Shown here: positions 13,579 to 24,949 of the stretch, in pieces
How the letters are laid out: the number at the start of each line of letters is the position of its first letter
How positions within the stretch are numbered: the stretch's first letter is position 1
NCBI GenBank assembly: GCA_963924565.1
Contig: OZ004615.1
Span: 17,856,001-17,920,000, forward strand
Reading direction: 5' to 3'
DNA: 64,000 nt
From: Ascidiella aspersa
Taxonomy: Eukaryota
Position numbers and translations under genes: made by a program
The notes under the pieces: model-generated
The model's input: the letters and a program-made list of their open reading frames with translations, nothing else
Told to the model about the DNA's origin: nothing
Databases searched by the model: none

Positions 13579-14410
13579 CAGTGTTGTAATGACTTAAGTC
13601 AATAACACTGTTTTCAAATGACTTGAATTAAGTTATTTGAGAAAAATGAATTGAATTGACTTAAGTCTATCGGACAAACGACTTGACTTGACTTAAGTCA
13701 TTTTTTCACGGGGGTTTTCCCCAAGGCGTAAGGTAATTTTTGCTGTTACACTCAGTTTTATTTTTGTGGGAAAAAAATTTTTAGTGGGAAGGGAAAACCC
13801 GGAAAAAACAAACAGGAAAACCGTTGCAAAATATTTTAATTAGTTAAAACCCTAACATTCAATACATACATGTTACTTAGAAAGATAGTTTCGACCAAAA
13901 ACTAAACAGTCTATTTTCAATCAATTAAGGAAGATTCTCCTAAACATGCTAGAAGCTTTTCTATTAACAGCCGATATAGTTGCTTTTTCGCGGAAATCAA
14001 ACTTTTGTCGTCCTTAAATTTATTTTAATTTCCAAACTAGAACAGTTACCATATGCTTATACAGAAAGTTAAAGGCATTGAGTCAAGATATCATTCGATA
14101 ATTGGATGTATTATTATCGAAAATTCGATGTTATACGCTGTTGTGCAAAAAATGTGTTTTCTTTGGTCATTTCAGTTTTGTCTTTTACTGATACGGAAGG
14201 TTGTGAGTTCTGACTTTTAAAGGTGTTGTATAATGACGCAAGTCAATGACTTGACTTTAGTGCAGTGAAGTCAATGTTTTCAGGTGTCTTGACTTAACTT
14301 TAAGTCTTTTGTCAAAGGACTTGACTTAACTTAAGAGTTTGTCGAAAGACTTGACTTGAACGTAATTCTTTAAGTCAATTGACTCGGGTGGTAGGTTAAT
14401 TGCAACATTT
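13579..14410. mobile_element. Degenerate DNA-transposon-like element rich in GACTTGACTTAAGTC motifs
   Basis: Begins CAGTGTTGTAATGACTTAAGTC, with GACTT-rich clusters at both ends. Related relics lie at ~1500-1835, ~7858-8195 and ~18600-18943. No clean TSD seen. Confidence 0.4.
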
Positions 14411-15760
14411 TACGGCCTCTATTGGAAGTTTCGCTTCTTACAATATAATCTGACGCGGTGCACTGACATACGTAAGCGCTCGTCGGCGTCGAGTCGGAAG
14501 GCGCTTACGACACGAAAACGACGGCGGTGTGCATTCGGCTTTACATTACAATGCACTGTTGATATCTAATCGTTAGTAAGTGAGACAGAAGTGGCTCTAG
14601 GTATATATATATACAGTTTAGTACACACGGTTTAACAACGTTGTGAGCAGCTACGATTTACTCAATTGTCTGGGTGTTCTTGTGAAACACTGTCCCAAAG
14701 TGAAACAAGTAAGTCTGTGACAGTTTTGGAAATTACCGATTTATTCTTGGAAACATACTTTGCGGGAAAACATTCCAAGGCGAATAAACGAGGTTTATTT
14801 AGTTTACAAGCTAGTTCTCGCTATGTCGTACGTGACCCAGCCAACGTAAGCGCGAAGTAACTTGAAGGCAAGTTTCCATGGCCTTTCCGAAATGCAAGGT
14901 TATTCTTGTTTATTGGTCGTTTTCATCCCCCTGGTTAACATTAGCACAAGGCCAGTTTACGTCGGCGTTTTAAAAAAACTTATTATATTCATTGGTTTTT
15001 CGAAATCTCTAAAACTTTCCGACGACAATCAAAGTGTCAATCAAAACTCACCGTTGCTTTGTTGAAAAATCTTTACGGAGTTTTCCTTTGTGATTACCTG
15101 AAACTTTATTGTTCGTTCGCAGCCCACGCAGGTCGCTTACTGCGCCTTTTGTTTTGCCTTGCGTCGCTACAACATTTCTATTTTAAATCCGTTTCGACAC
15201 GATGTAAATAGATCAGCTGGAAACCACCCTGCAATTTCTAACGCTCGAAGGTTGTGGCGTCTGTGGTATATGCCTATCGCACCCAATCTTATCGATGTCG
15301 CCACACGAAGAATCAACATTACGTGAATGGGGATTTTAAAAACTTTTCCCGATTTCGGTCAAAGCTTGAAAGAAAAAGACCGTCGAATGTGTGTAAATTT
15401 GTAGGTATATATTGAATTTCGTGACGAGACAGCACGTGAAATACACGTCGGGCCTGTCATGGATGTAGGTTGATCAAAGCGCATAGCAGTCAGTGGCGGA
15501 CATTAGGTGTAACTGTAGGAAGTTGGACTATAGGTGCAATCGACAGTCATTATTGTTGACAATTACAACTACAGCCACTTGTTAAGTCCCTGTAACATCG
15601 GCCGTTGCTCTAGAAGAGAAAGTGGGCTACAGGCAAAGAGATAAGCGAGTCGAGAAACAACCATACGCTAATACCTGCTACATTCTGTCAGTACAAGCAA
15701 CGACATATTGAAGGGATCACCAGAACCGTATGATTCATTAAAAGACATACACATGTGGGT

Positions 15761-15877
15761 TTAATAACAACTGTGATCTAGCCCCTCGGAAGCTGTTTTT
15801 TGACCAACGATACGAAAGCCATAATCGTTGGTCAAAAAGCAGCTTTTTCCGAGGGGCTAGATGACAGTTGTTATTAA
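15761..15877. repeat. Long inverted repeat (fold-back, ~50-bp arms) ~350 bp upstream of the PLAC8-B ATG
   Basis: TTAATAACAACTGTGATCTAGCCCCTCGGAAGCTGTTTTTGACCAACGAT .. ATCGTTGGTCAAAAAGCAGCTTTTTCCGAGGGGCTAGATGACAGTTGTTATTAA. Copies at 26974-27089, 38447-38586, 49165-49304 and ~60719-60858. Confidence 0.85.
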
Positions 15878-16227
15878 GTGACTTCCCTTCAAGTGAGCGA
15901 CTTCCCTTCATTTATCAAAATAACATTACGTAATTATAACCCGAAGAACTCGAAGCGGAGACCCTGAACACCAATCTTCGTTCACTTAATCCAGCACTTG
16001 ACTGAACTAAAACAATATATGGCTGCTTATTGTCAATCGACAAAATTCGTTTTCAGTTGGTTTTACAACTCGTTAAATGTCTCAGATATTTCTTATTTTG
16101 TGAATAATAAAACTGAGATTCTGTAAGGCCTAATAGTACTACTACGAGACCCAAACAAACTGACGTAAACTCAACGTATGACCACAATTTTTTTGTTTTA
16201 GTTTCACCACTAAAGTTATTGGCGATA

Positions 16228-18000
16228 ATGACAGGACAAGATAAAGACGAGAAGAACACGTGGAAGTATCAATTGTCGGGATGCTTCCGTAACAAAACCT
16301 TATGCATAAAAGCGTTTCTGCTCCCATGTGTATTGGCAGGTAAATAGACGAATGAAAAAATTTGTTAAAAATCACCTTAGATAGTTTGTAGCGTGTTAGA
16401 GCCAACACGCGGTTCGCGGGCCGCATGCGGTCATGTCCAGTTTTATGCGGCTCTTTCGTTCGTTCTGTGTTTGAAATTTATGAGGATGTACAATGTAGGC
16501 TACAGTTCCGACTTCGTTTGCTTAAGTTATTGATTATATTCGGTTCAAACTTATATTGCATGTTATTATATAAAATCAAGTCAATAAATTACAGAAACTT
16601 CGACAGCGTGATGGATTTTTTTTAAGAAGTACTTAAACACCAATGATTCTATTGAATATATTATGTAATACGCAATAGTGTCAGTATGCAGCATTTTACA
16701 ATAATATAACGGAGCAAGAAATGTATGTGTACGCATGGCGGATCTACGGTGCACAATGTCTCTTCGCGAAAACAGTTTTTGCCTATTTTACTACTTGAAT
16801 ATAAACAAACCTCATTTTGCACTTCCATATTGCCGTGGTACCCATTTTTTCTAAATAGAACATTTTGCAAATATAACCCAGCTAAAGCAAATAAGTGTTT
16901 TTTGCGGGCATAGTGGAGTTGTCATTATAATAGGCCCTACTCAATGAAAAATCAGAGATTTTTAATTCCTTGTTCGGATTTGCCCCTTGAATGTACAACA
17001 ATAACTAAAACTAACGTGTGTTGTTTAGGGCAAACTGCTGAAGACACCAACCAGGGTTTCTTCGAGGAATGTTGTTTGGCCGCGCTTTGCTACCCTTGCG
17101 GCTCTTACTGCATGGCGATGACCAGACAGGCAACTAGAACTGAGAAAGGAGTTGAAGTAAACTATTGTTTTTTCCGAGAAAAAAATTAATGTATTCGAAG
17201 GTTAACACAGGGAAAACTTTTGATTCGATCCGATGGATGCTTTACTGTAACAATCCGAATTTGCTTCATTACTTCGGTAAAAATTGAATGAAAAACTTTT
17301 CCAGCTATTGTTTTTTTTAACAAAATATTCCTGGGACGAATACAGAAAAAGCCTTTTTATTATTTATGCTCAAATTAAGACCTATCTTGGATTTGTAAGA
17401 AAACAAATTATTTTTTTTTAACTTTTGTCATCACTATATCCATACGAAATTTATCAAACTTTCTTAGACAAATTCGTGTAAAATGAATTTAAAATTCACA
17501 TAAGCTACAAGCATTTTTCTATTTTCTACCTTCAGGGCACGTTCGCAGATGATTGTCTTGCATCGTTGTGCTGTCCTTGCTGCACTCTTGTACAAATTAG
17601 AATGGTGAGAAATAAATTTATCAGAAGTAGTAGGCTAATATTGAAAGCCAACTTGTGTAACCGATGTCAAGCCACGTTATTTTAACACTATACAAAATAA
17701 ATTTCAGTGTGACTACAAAAATACAGTTATTTTGAATTATTAGCACTAACCACTAACAAATAATAATAATTAAACACCATTGTCAGGTAACGAGGTACTG
17801 CGTAAAATCTGAACTTAACAAAAAAGTTTACAAACACCCAATAATAGCAGTCGGTTGAAGAACGTTTTTTATTTATACATTATATTAAAAGGTACCGTAG
17901 GCTTATTTATAGTTTTACCAAGATGTCATTGCATTCCGGTAATTTTGTTTGTGAATTGCAGGAACTCGAGCACAAAGAACAACGTATTGAGCGAAGTTAA
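16228..18000 (+). CDS. PLAC8: PLAC8-family Cys-rich protein, paralog B, copy 1 (115 aa)
   Basis: Exons 16228-16339, 17029-17156, 17536-17604, 17962-18000, GT..AG, phases 1/0/0; exons 2 and 3 have the same lengths as in paralog A (128 and 69 nt). Protein: MTGQDKDEKNTWKYQLSGCFRNKTLCIKAFLLPCVLAGQTAEDTNQGFFEECCLAALCYPCGSYCMAMTRQATRTEKGVEGTFADDCLASLCCPCCTLVQIRMELEHKEQRIERS*. Family-level symbol. Confidence 0.9.
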
Positions 18001-19610
18001 AGGCCGGGAAAAAATAAGTTCGAAGATGAACTGGTTCTAACATCGTTTTATCCTACTTTGTGGACAAAATAGCACAAATTTATTTATTTTCTGTATCTTA
18101 TTTGACAGATAAATGTGAAGTTTTCCTGCTTTATAGATTAATTTTTATTTGTTTCTTTACCTTCGTCGGGCTGGTTAGTTTTTTCGTGCTGAAACCTTGC
18201 ATGCTATTGTGCTGAAATCTTTCTCATTTTTTCTCTTGTATTTAAGTGCGAAATGCAATGTCGTGTGCACTCTAAATGTTTGTTTTTATGATGATCAGGT
18301 ACGACCAATGGTAAAGGTATATAGGAAAGGTGTGACAGTATAGGCAAGCTTTTGTATATTCTGGACGATATCCAGAGCTATATATAAATCTTTGGAGATT
18401 TGTTTTAGAACCTTTACAAAAAAGTACGTTGATTAACATTGTTTGAACAAGAAGTGACGCTAGTTTACTCAGTAAACAAAATCTTGATATTTATCACCTT
18501 AGCAACTACACTATTTTTGGATGTTTGTTTTTGGCCCAATTATTTTATGTTTGCTGGAAGTTTGGAACGTACCCGGAATAGAAAAATCTGTTTTCCAAAC
18601 ACTTTGGACAAACGACTTGGGATGAAATAAAAGGAATTTTATTTTAGTTTTTATGAAATTGGGTGATTTATTTCAGTTTGTGCACGTAAAAATAATATCT
18701 TACTATTTCGTGTTTTTGTTAAGTTTTAGTCGAGTTATTGCTCATAATCGGATAAGTTTGCCTATTTTAATAGTTTAAAGTTTTATTTTGACGTCAATGA
18801 ACTTGCTCCAATTATGACTACTTATTACTTATTAAATAAAACTTGACTTGAACTTAAGTTATTATACACAGGACTTGACTTAGACGTTATTTCACAAATG
18901 ACTTGGGACTTTAGTCACTTTAAATTGACTTACTTATGACACTGATTACGGTACTATAAACTTAACTTTAAAAGAAAGTTGCCATTAAAATCACTCCAGT
19001 TCGTTTAGTCTTGTACTGCGAATTAGGTAGCGAAATTTTGTTGCTAAAAGTAGTGCTTTGCTTGAAATCCGGGTAACCCACTTTCTTGCAAAACGACATT
19101 AGATTGCAAATTGCTGGCGGTAATAGAACATTGCTATTAATAAAATGTTATTTGGAAAGGTTTTGCTGCTTCAAACGTCTGGGTCTCATTTCGACGCTAG
19201 GCAGATGCATGGCAACAATGAGCTTATTGGAATTTGCCTCAAAGAAAGGTCTTCATTTGCTTAGTTATTAACATTTGTGCACCGTGGATGGATGTGTGTG
19301 CCTTTTAGACAAGAATCCACAATTGCAAGCAACTATCGTTTTTTTTTGCAAACCATCTTCGTTCATGCACCACATTGTAAACCTATAGCGGTAAACTTGC
19401 GACACTAAAAGCAACACAACTTATAGTCTTCTAAGATGAGCGTTCGTAAGTAAAGCCAAATAAAAAAATAAAAATGCTTGGTACAATCGGCAACCATGGC
19501 ACCGAATAAATTCTCTATTAATGGAAACATGTTGCTACACACTTGTATCGATTAGTAATTTCGAAACAAAAACGTTCTTCACTACAGCTGCTAAACAAAA
19601 TGCCCTGTAT

Positions 19611-20223
19611 CAGGGATGGCGAACCTTTTCATCGCGCGGGTTACAAACACGACCTTAATCCTTACAAAATGCTCAAGTGGGTCATGTATTTAGTTATTTG
19701 CTTATTTTATGCGAAACTTTGATGTTGCGTCGTTTCAAGTGTTATCGTCTCGGTTGGTAACCAAGGTTTTCATACGATTTCCAAATTCGGATTCTCACAG
19801 ATATTGAAACCTAAATAGTTAACAAATGCAACAGCAATTTTTATGGGCTTACAGGAATTCAGTTGAAAGCTTTTCAGCATGGTTCATCCAGGATTTTCAG
19901 ATTTTTTTAGTCTGCGAACTCTTACTTTCCAGTTTCTCTTTAAGCTTAAAGGATCGCCACGTTTTACAGCGATAAACAAAATGCGTTTAGTGTCTGCTTT
20001 TTGCACGCATTTGTTGAAAAGCAGTTAACGTACCGTACACCTACTTTTTTTGCACGACCCACAGATGGGCAACCCCGATTTAAACAGTAAGGCTACATAG
20101 CGAAAAACTTATTTTTAAATTTATCATTTCCTGAAAATGATTGATAACTTGTCTGTATTTCTACAGGAACAAGTGGGTCCTTAAAAATCTGTGGTGGGTC
20201 ACAAAAGTGGTTCGCCATCTCTG
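19611..20223. mobile_element. hAT-type MITE, 613 bp (U1)
   Basis: TIRs CAGGGATGGCGAACC / GGTTCGCCATCTCTG; 8-bp TSD CCCTGTAT/CCCTATAT. Empty site in U2 (~30849-30856). Confidence 0.85.
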
Positions 20224-21338
20224 CCCTATATCGAAGAAAATACTCAAGACTGCCACAAGCGACAACTTTTCAGGACACCGGATCTTCTAATAGCAAGAAT
20301 AACAAGTATATAATATTAATAACAGCAAAGGCAATAAATTTTCGAAATATGCAAGCAAGTGCTGTAACTGTACACAAAGTAACGCAACAAACCAAAGCTC
20401 CCGAGAAAGCGAATAAATACAAAAAATGCGACTTAGAAGCGCTCAAAAAGGGCATTTGGGGCTCGTTGCCCGATAGCACCAATACTTGAATGATATTGCA
20501 CGTGTTGCATATCGTCGCGTTACGAAACGCTGTTTAAAGGATATTTCGTGTCTGTAAATAAACAGCACTTGGGGTTAATTTGGGTTGCGCGCTTCCTTTA
20601 GACAAAACACGCAACGCATTTGCAACTGGCGGCAAATCTAAACAATCGTTTGCCACTGAATTCAGTTCCTTAGTAAAAAAGCACCTATACTTTACATGAG
20701 CGTTTGGGTTTGCGACAGTATGGTTTCGTTTTAGTCGAGGGTTAGTCATTTGACTAAGTTTGTAATATTGAACAGTGAGGTGCTTTCATAGATGTACAAC
20801 AATCATTCATATAGCATGCGTAAAGAAAATGTCCAAGCCACGAGCCAATCTAAAAACTATAGGCTCCTGTAGCATATTTATTAAAAGCGATTCTTTTGCC
20901 TTTTTGCTAGGCTTTTTCTTAGTTGGAGGAGTCGTTTAACTTTACTTTATTTTAAACGACTAAAAAAGGTTGTCGGTGAAATATTTCCATCATTTAACTG
21001 TTGATACCCAAGCAAAGTCTTAGGAATTATTCTAATACAAATAGTTAATTCGCATATTATGATTAAATAAAATCTACTTTTAAATTGCAGTAAACCAGTA
21101 ACCACAGGGGCAAATCGTCGCAACTCGCAAGACATATATAACTCGAATTAAATTATGTATAGCGCCTGATCACACGTCTCTGGTATAAACCCTTAGTTGT
21201 CGCATGCCCAAACAAGTGCCTGGTTTAGGCGACCGCATACCACCCGGCAAAATGCTTTACGAAAAATAAACCGTCACTGGGCGGCGTTGGATCTTTCATA
21301 GCTCCGAAATTCGAAGAAAAAAAAACTTGACGCGGCGC

Positions 21339-24337
21339 TCAGATGGCTGTATACCTTCCCATGTACTTCAAGCAGAAGCCCTGTGGCCTGTCGTGCCCAC
21401 TTAAATAGTTTGGTTTCTGCATTTGTTCCAGCAGGCTCATAATCTGGCTGGCGGTCTGTTGCGCTTCGGGGACTTCCTCGCCCGCGTCGAGGCGCGTAGT
21501 TTTGCCCGGGTGGGGCTCGGTGGTGGTTGAGCGCTCGTGGGGACTTTTCCCGGACAGGGGGGCGTTGTCGGGGAGGATGTCGGGCCGTGACACGATACGC
21601 TGTTTGACGTCATCGTCTTCGCTCATGTCTGGCCATTCGGAAGGCGAGGTTTCCGCGGATTCTGCGCGGAAAATGGCGGGTGAAGTTTTGCGTTGCTTTG
21701 ATGAGTTAAAGCAGGGGTTGGCAACCTTTTTGGTCCTGCGGACCGGTTTGAAACTAAAAATTTTCCGCGGGCCGGCTTTAAAAACAACAAATGTTCAATA
21801 AAGGTAACTTATTGCATCTTTTTTTTAATAAACTAATTAAAATGCATGTGCTTGTTTCTAAAACTTTCTTGCCTGAACTTCAAATAATAAATCATTTTGC
21901 AATGCATCTCATATGGCCACAGCACACTTGTTTGTTTTGAACCTCACCAGTGCTTAATAATAATTAAGACTTTTTAGCATACCAATCAACCGTGGAGTAT
22001 GTTTAAACGAAAGTTACGGTGTTTTGAATAGAAAACTACATTTAATTGTTGTTTGCCTTATTTTTAAGTTTCTTGGCATATTGAGTTCAGTTTGGGTTTA
22101 AATAAAATTTTAAATCTGGCAACCCTGCTACGGACCGGTGACGAACTCCTCGCGGACCGGCGGTTGCCGACCACTGAGTTAAAGGATGGCGATAATATTG
22201 GGTCGTATGCGATACCCGACTAGTATTTATGTATGTTCGATAACAAGGTGGTAACTGTATCGATTCGATGCCATGTTGTGCATTTAAGTCATGACTTGCG
22301 ACCCAATGCGTGTACAAACAAATAGTAAAAGCATATTTATAATAAAACTTTTAGAACTTATTGTTGTTCGAAGCGGGTAGGATTCTGTTGTGGAAACACG
22401 TATTAAGTTTTGATTATTTTGTTAGCAGTAATGAAGTTATTTCGATCAGAAGGCCGAATGTTTGGCTCATGATGATATCGCGTATAAGTGTGTTGCACAT
22501 ATTGGAGACATTAGACCTGATAATTCATAATTCGACTTGTGTAGGTTGATAAATTGATACCGATCTGATGTTAGAAATTACGGTTAGAAAAAAAAACAAC
22601 AATATATTTTATACCTTGAAGTGATATGCTGTCGCTGATGAAGTTCGCTCCGGATTGCTTCTGTGGCGTCGAGGATAAATGCTGTTCAGCCTCGCTTTGC
22701 CTTCTTCTCTCTTTCGCGTTGACGAGAGTGCGCACGAGCGTTTGGAGTTTTTCAAGTTTTTGCTGCAAACAAAAAATAAAAGTAGATTAATTAATAAAAC
22801 GTTAAACAACAAAACAACGGTTGCTAACCATTTAAAATTGACACCCTCTTTAAAAACGTAGAGTTGTTAGCGTAAAGCGCCAAAAAGTTTATATTTACAC
22901 AGTAAATGCTGTAAAAACTCGTTATGCGGGACATGGTCTGCTATTTCGATCCAGGACTGGCCCCTGTCCACTGACCTATTTAATAAACCATTTGACTTCA
23001 AAACAGTTCTGTTATCAACTAAACTTGACTTGTGAACTTACACGAGATTTATTGAAAGATTGGAATACAACCCAAACTGTTTTATGTTGCAATAATTCAG
23101 TTTAATAAGATGAAGCCAAACAAACCCGTATGGTGCATACGGTTCGGCTTTTGTTGGATTAAAACGAAATTGAATAGAAGGATTTTTTTGACAGATTTAA
23201 ATCGTTCCTGTGCGACCCACTTGTTTACCCTTCGCGAACCATGTTTAGGCACCACTGTTTTAGGGGAACACTCGTTAAAACCTTCCAGCATTTAATGCGT
23301 AATTTATTTTGCGGTCGCACTAACAGCGGGAACACAAAAAAAGGCCTACAAGGCAGCAATATCTAAGCAGATTAATCTACAATATTAAAGCATTACGACG
23401 ACAAAACCATCTACAATACCGTAGCATTACGAGAAATTGGGTTAGGGTTAAAACTATACATGACCCACCTGCATAACTTCTCGTTCTTGAGCGATGGACG
23501 AAACGTACTCGTCCTTCTCGTGATGACGCTGCTTGAGCAGCTGACGTTGGTTGTGGTAGAGTGTGATTTACTCGCCTGACGGTTGAAAGAAACGAAACAT
23601 TAAACACTTACCACACCATAGATAATGTGCCCTAAAACCGAGAAATCTACTGGTAAAAACACCACGCGCTATTCTGGGTACAATCCCAGTTATATGGACA
23701 AGTTGTGGACATCATTGTATGTGGAATGCCGTACATTTATTCAATTCAGCGATATAAACTTGTTTTATATTTGAGTACCGTGAGAGGAAATTATTAAGAT
23801 GGGTAATCTTAAATCAGTAAGTGTAAAAGTGTTTAAACTGTATACAAGTTATTTGAAACGTTCAGTATTAAAGCATATAATAAGTTTTTTAGAGCACTCG
23901 TACAGCCCACATTGTGTGTGGCTCGCGAACAATACGCACATAACGTTGTATCCCCGGATGCTGACAATCTTGGGACCATCAAGCACTTTATCAAGCGCCT
24001 ATCGTACATGTCGAGTTTCACAGTTTTGTAATGAATCAACGATTCGAATTCTTTTGTGGCCTGCAAAAAGCCGACAAACGTCGCTTTCCTAACGTAAATT
24101 TATTTATATCACACCGACAACGATTCTTCAGGTTCACTCTCCAATCAAACACGCAAGTTGAAAACGTTGGCCATTTCGATCCATGTTGTTGTAGTTGATT
24201 TTTTGCCAGTTTTAAACGCTAGCCGTTATCTTACCGATGGTGTCGCACTCGTTTTGCAGCAGCAAATTGATGTGTTCGAGCTCCTCCACTTTGCTCAGGG
24301 CGTCCACCGTCTCCGTCATTACTTTGGTAAAGCGATC
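21339..24337 (-). pseudogene. GOLGA2: GOLGA2/GM130 3' fragment, unit 1 (disrupted)
   Basis: Minus-strand exons 24337-24235 (DRFTKVMTETVDALSKVEELEHINLLLQNECDTIG), 23575-23469 (E*ITLYHNQRQLLKQRHHEKDEYVSSIAQEREVMQ, TAA at 23570-23568), 22762-22615 (QKLEKLQTLVRTLV...) and 21661-21339 (...TASQIMSLLEQMQKP...GFCLKYMGRYTAI*). These match the GM130 C-terminal motifs I recall (VEELEH..QLSGETDTIGEYIALYQ.QR..LK.RH.EKEEYI, KL.ELQ.LV..LV, TAQQIMQLL). The preceding exon is replaced. Confidence 0.85.
21712..22176. mobile_element. hAT MITE family alpha, 465 bp, in the last GOLGA2 intron (U1)
   Basis: TSD AGTTAAAG (21704-21711, 22177-22184). TIRs CAGGGGTTGGCAACC / GGTTGCCGACCACTG. Confidence 0.88.
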
Positions 24338-24769
24338 CTAGAGCAAAACCAAAAAAAAAATTCATAAACTGACAGGTTTTGTCTATTCTACGGGAAGATT
24401 TGGGATTCATTGAATGAATGCCAGTGACCAAAAATACTTAAGAGTGTGGTGATACTTGGATAGCTTAGTGCCTTTTTATTAACTCAAACACGTCAAATGC
24501 ACGAAGCACGAATTAGAACGCCAAAACTTGCAATTGTCACCCGGCGATATTTCACGCAATAACATTACGATGAAGACTATAGACAAATTAGATACTCCGA
24601 CTGAAGTACCAATTTCTTAGGCACTGTTAAAGTTTTGTCACTGCAAAGAATTGAACAGCAACTAAAAGAGTACCAGTCAATGCTGAATTCTGTATCAGCT
24701 CTACCACGTTAGTAAATATTAAAATAAATCTCTTACCTTCTGCTTGGAGCAAAATTTTAATTGTAATCA

Positions 24770-24949
24770 AACGGACGTTACAAGGTTTGCCACATATATA
24801 TTTCAAATAATTGAGAAGATATTCACATAAAATTTATATATTTTCAAAGACCTAAATCGAACGGACGTTACAGCAATTACCACATATATATTTGAAATGA
24901 TTTCAAAGCTATTCATATAAAATTTATTGGTTTTCAAAGATCTAAATTT
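24770..24949. repeat. Two diverged 90-bp tandem units within the segment replacing a GOLGA2 exon (also in U3, ~46940-47119)
   Basis: AACGGACGTTACA...CACATATATATTT...TTTTCAAAGA.CTAAAT at 24770 and 24860. Confidence 0.7.
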
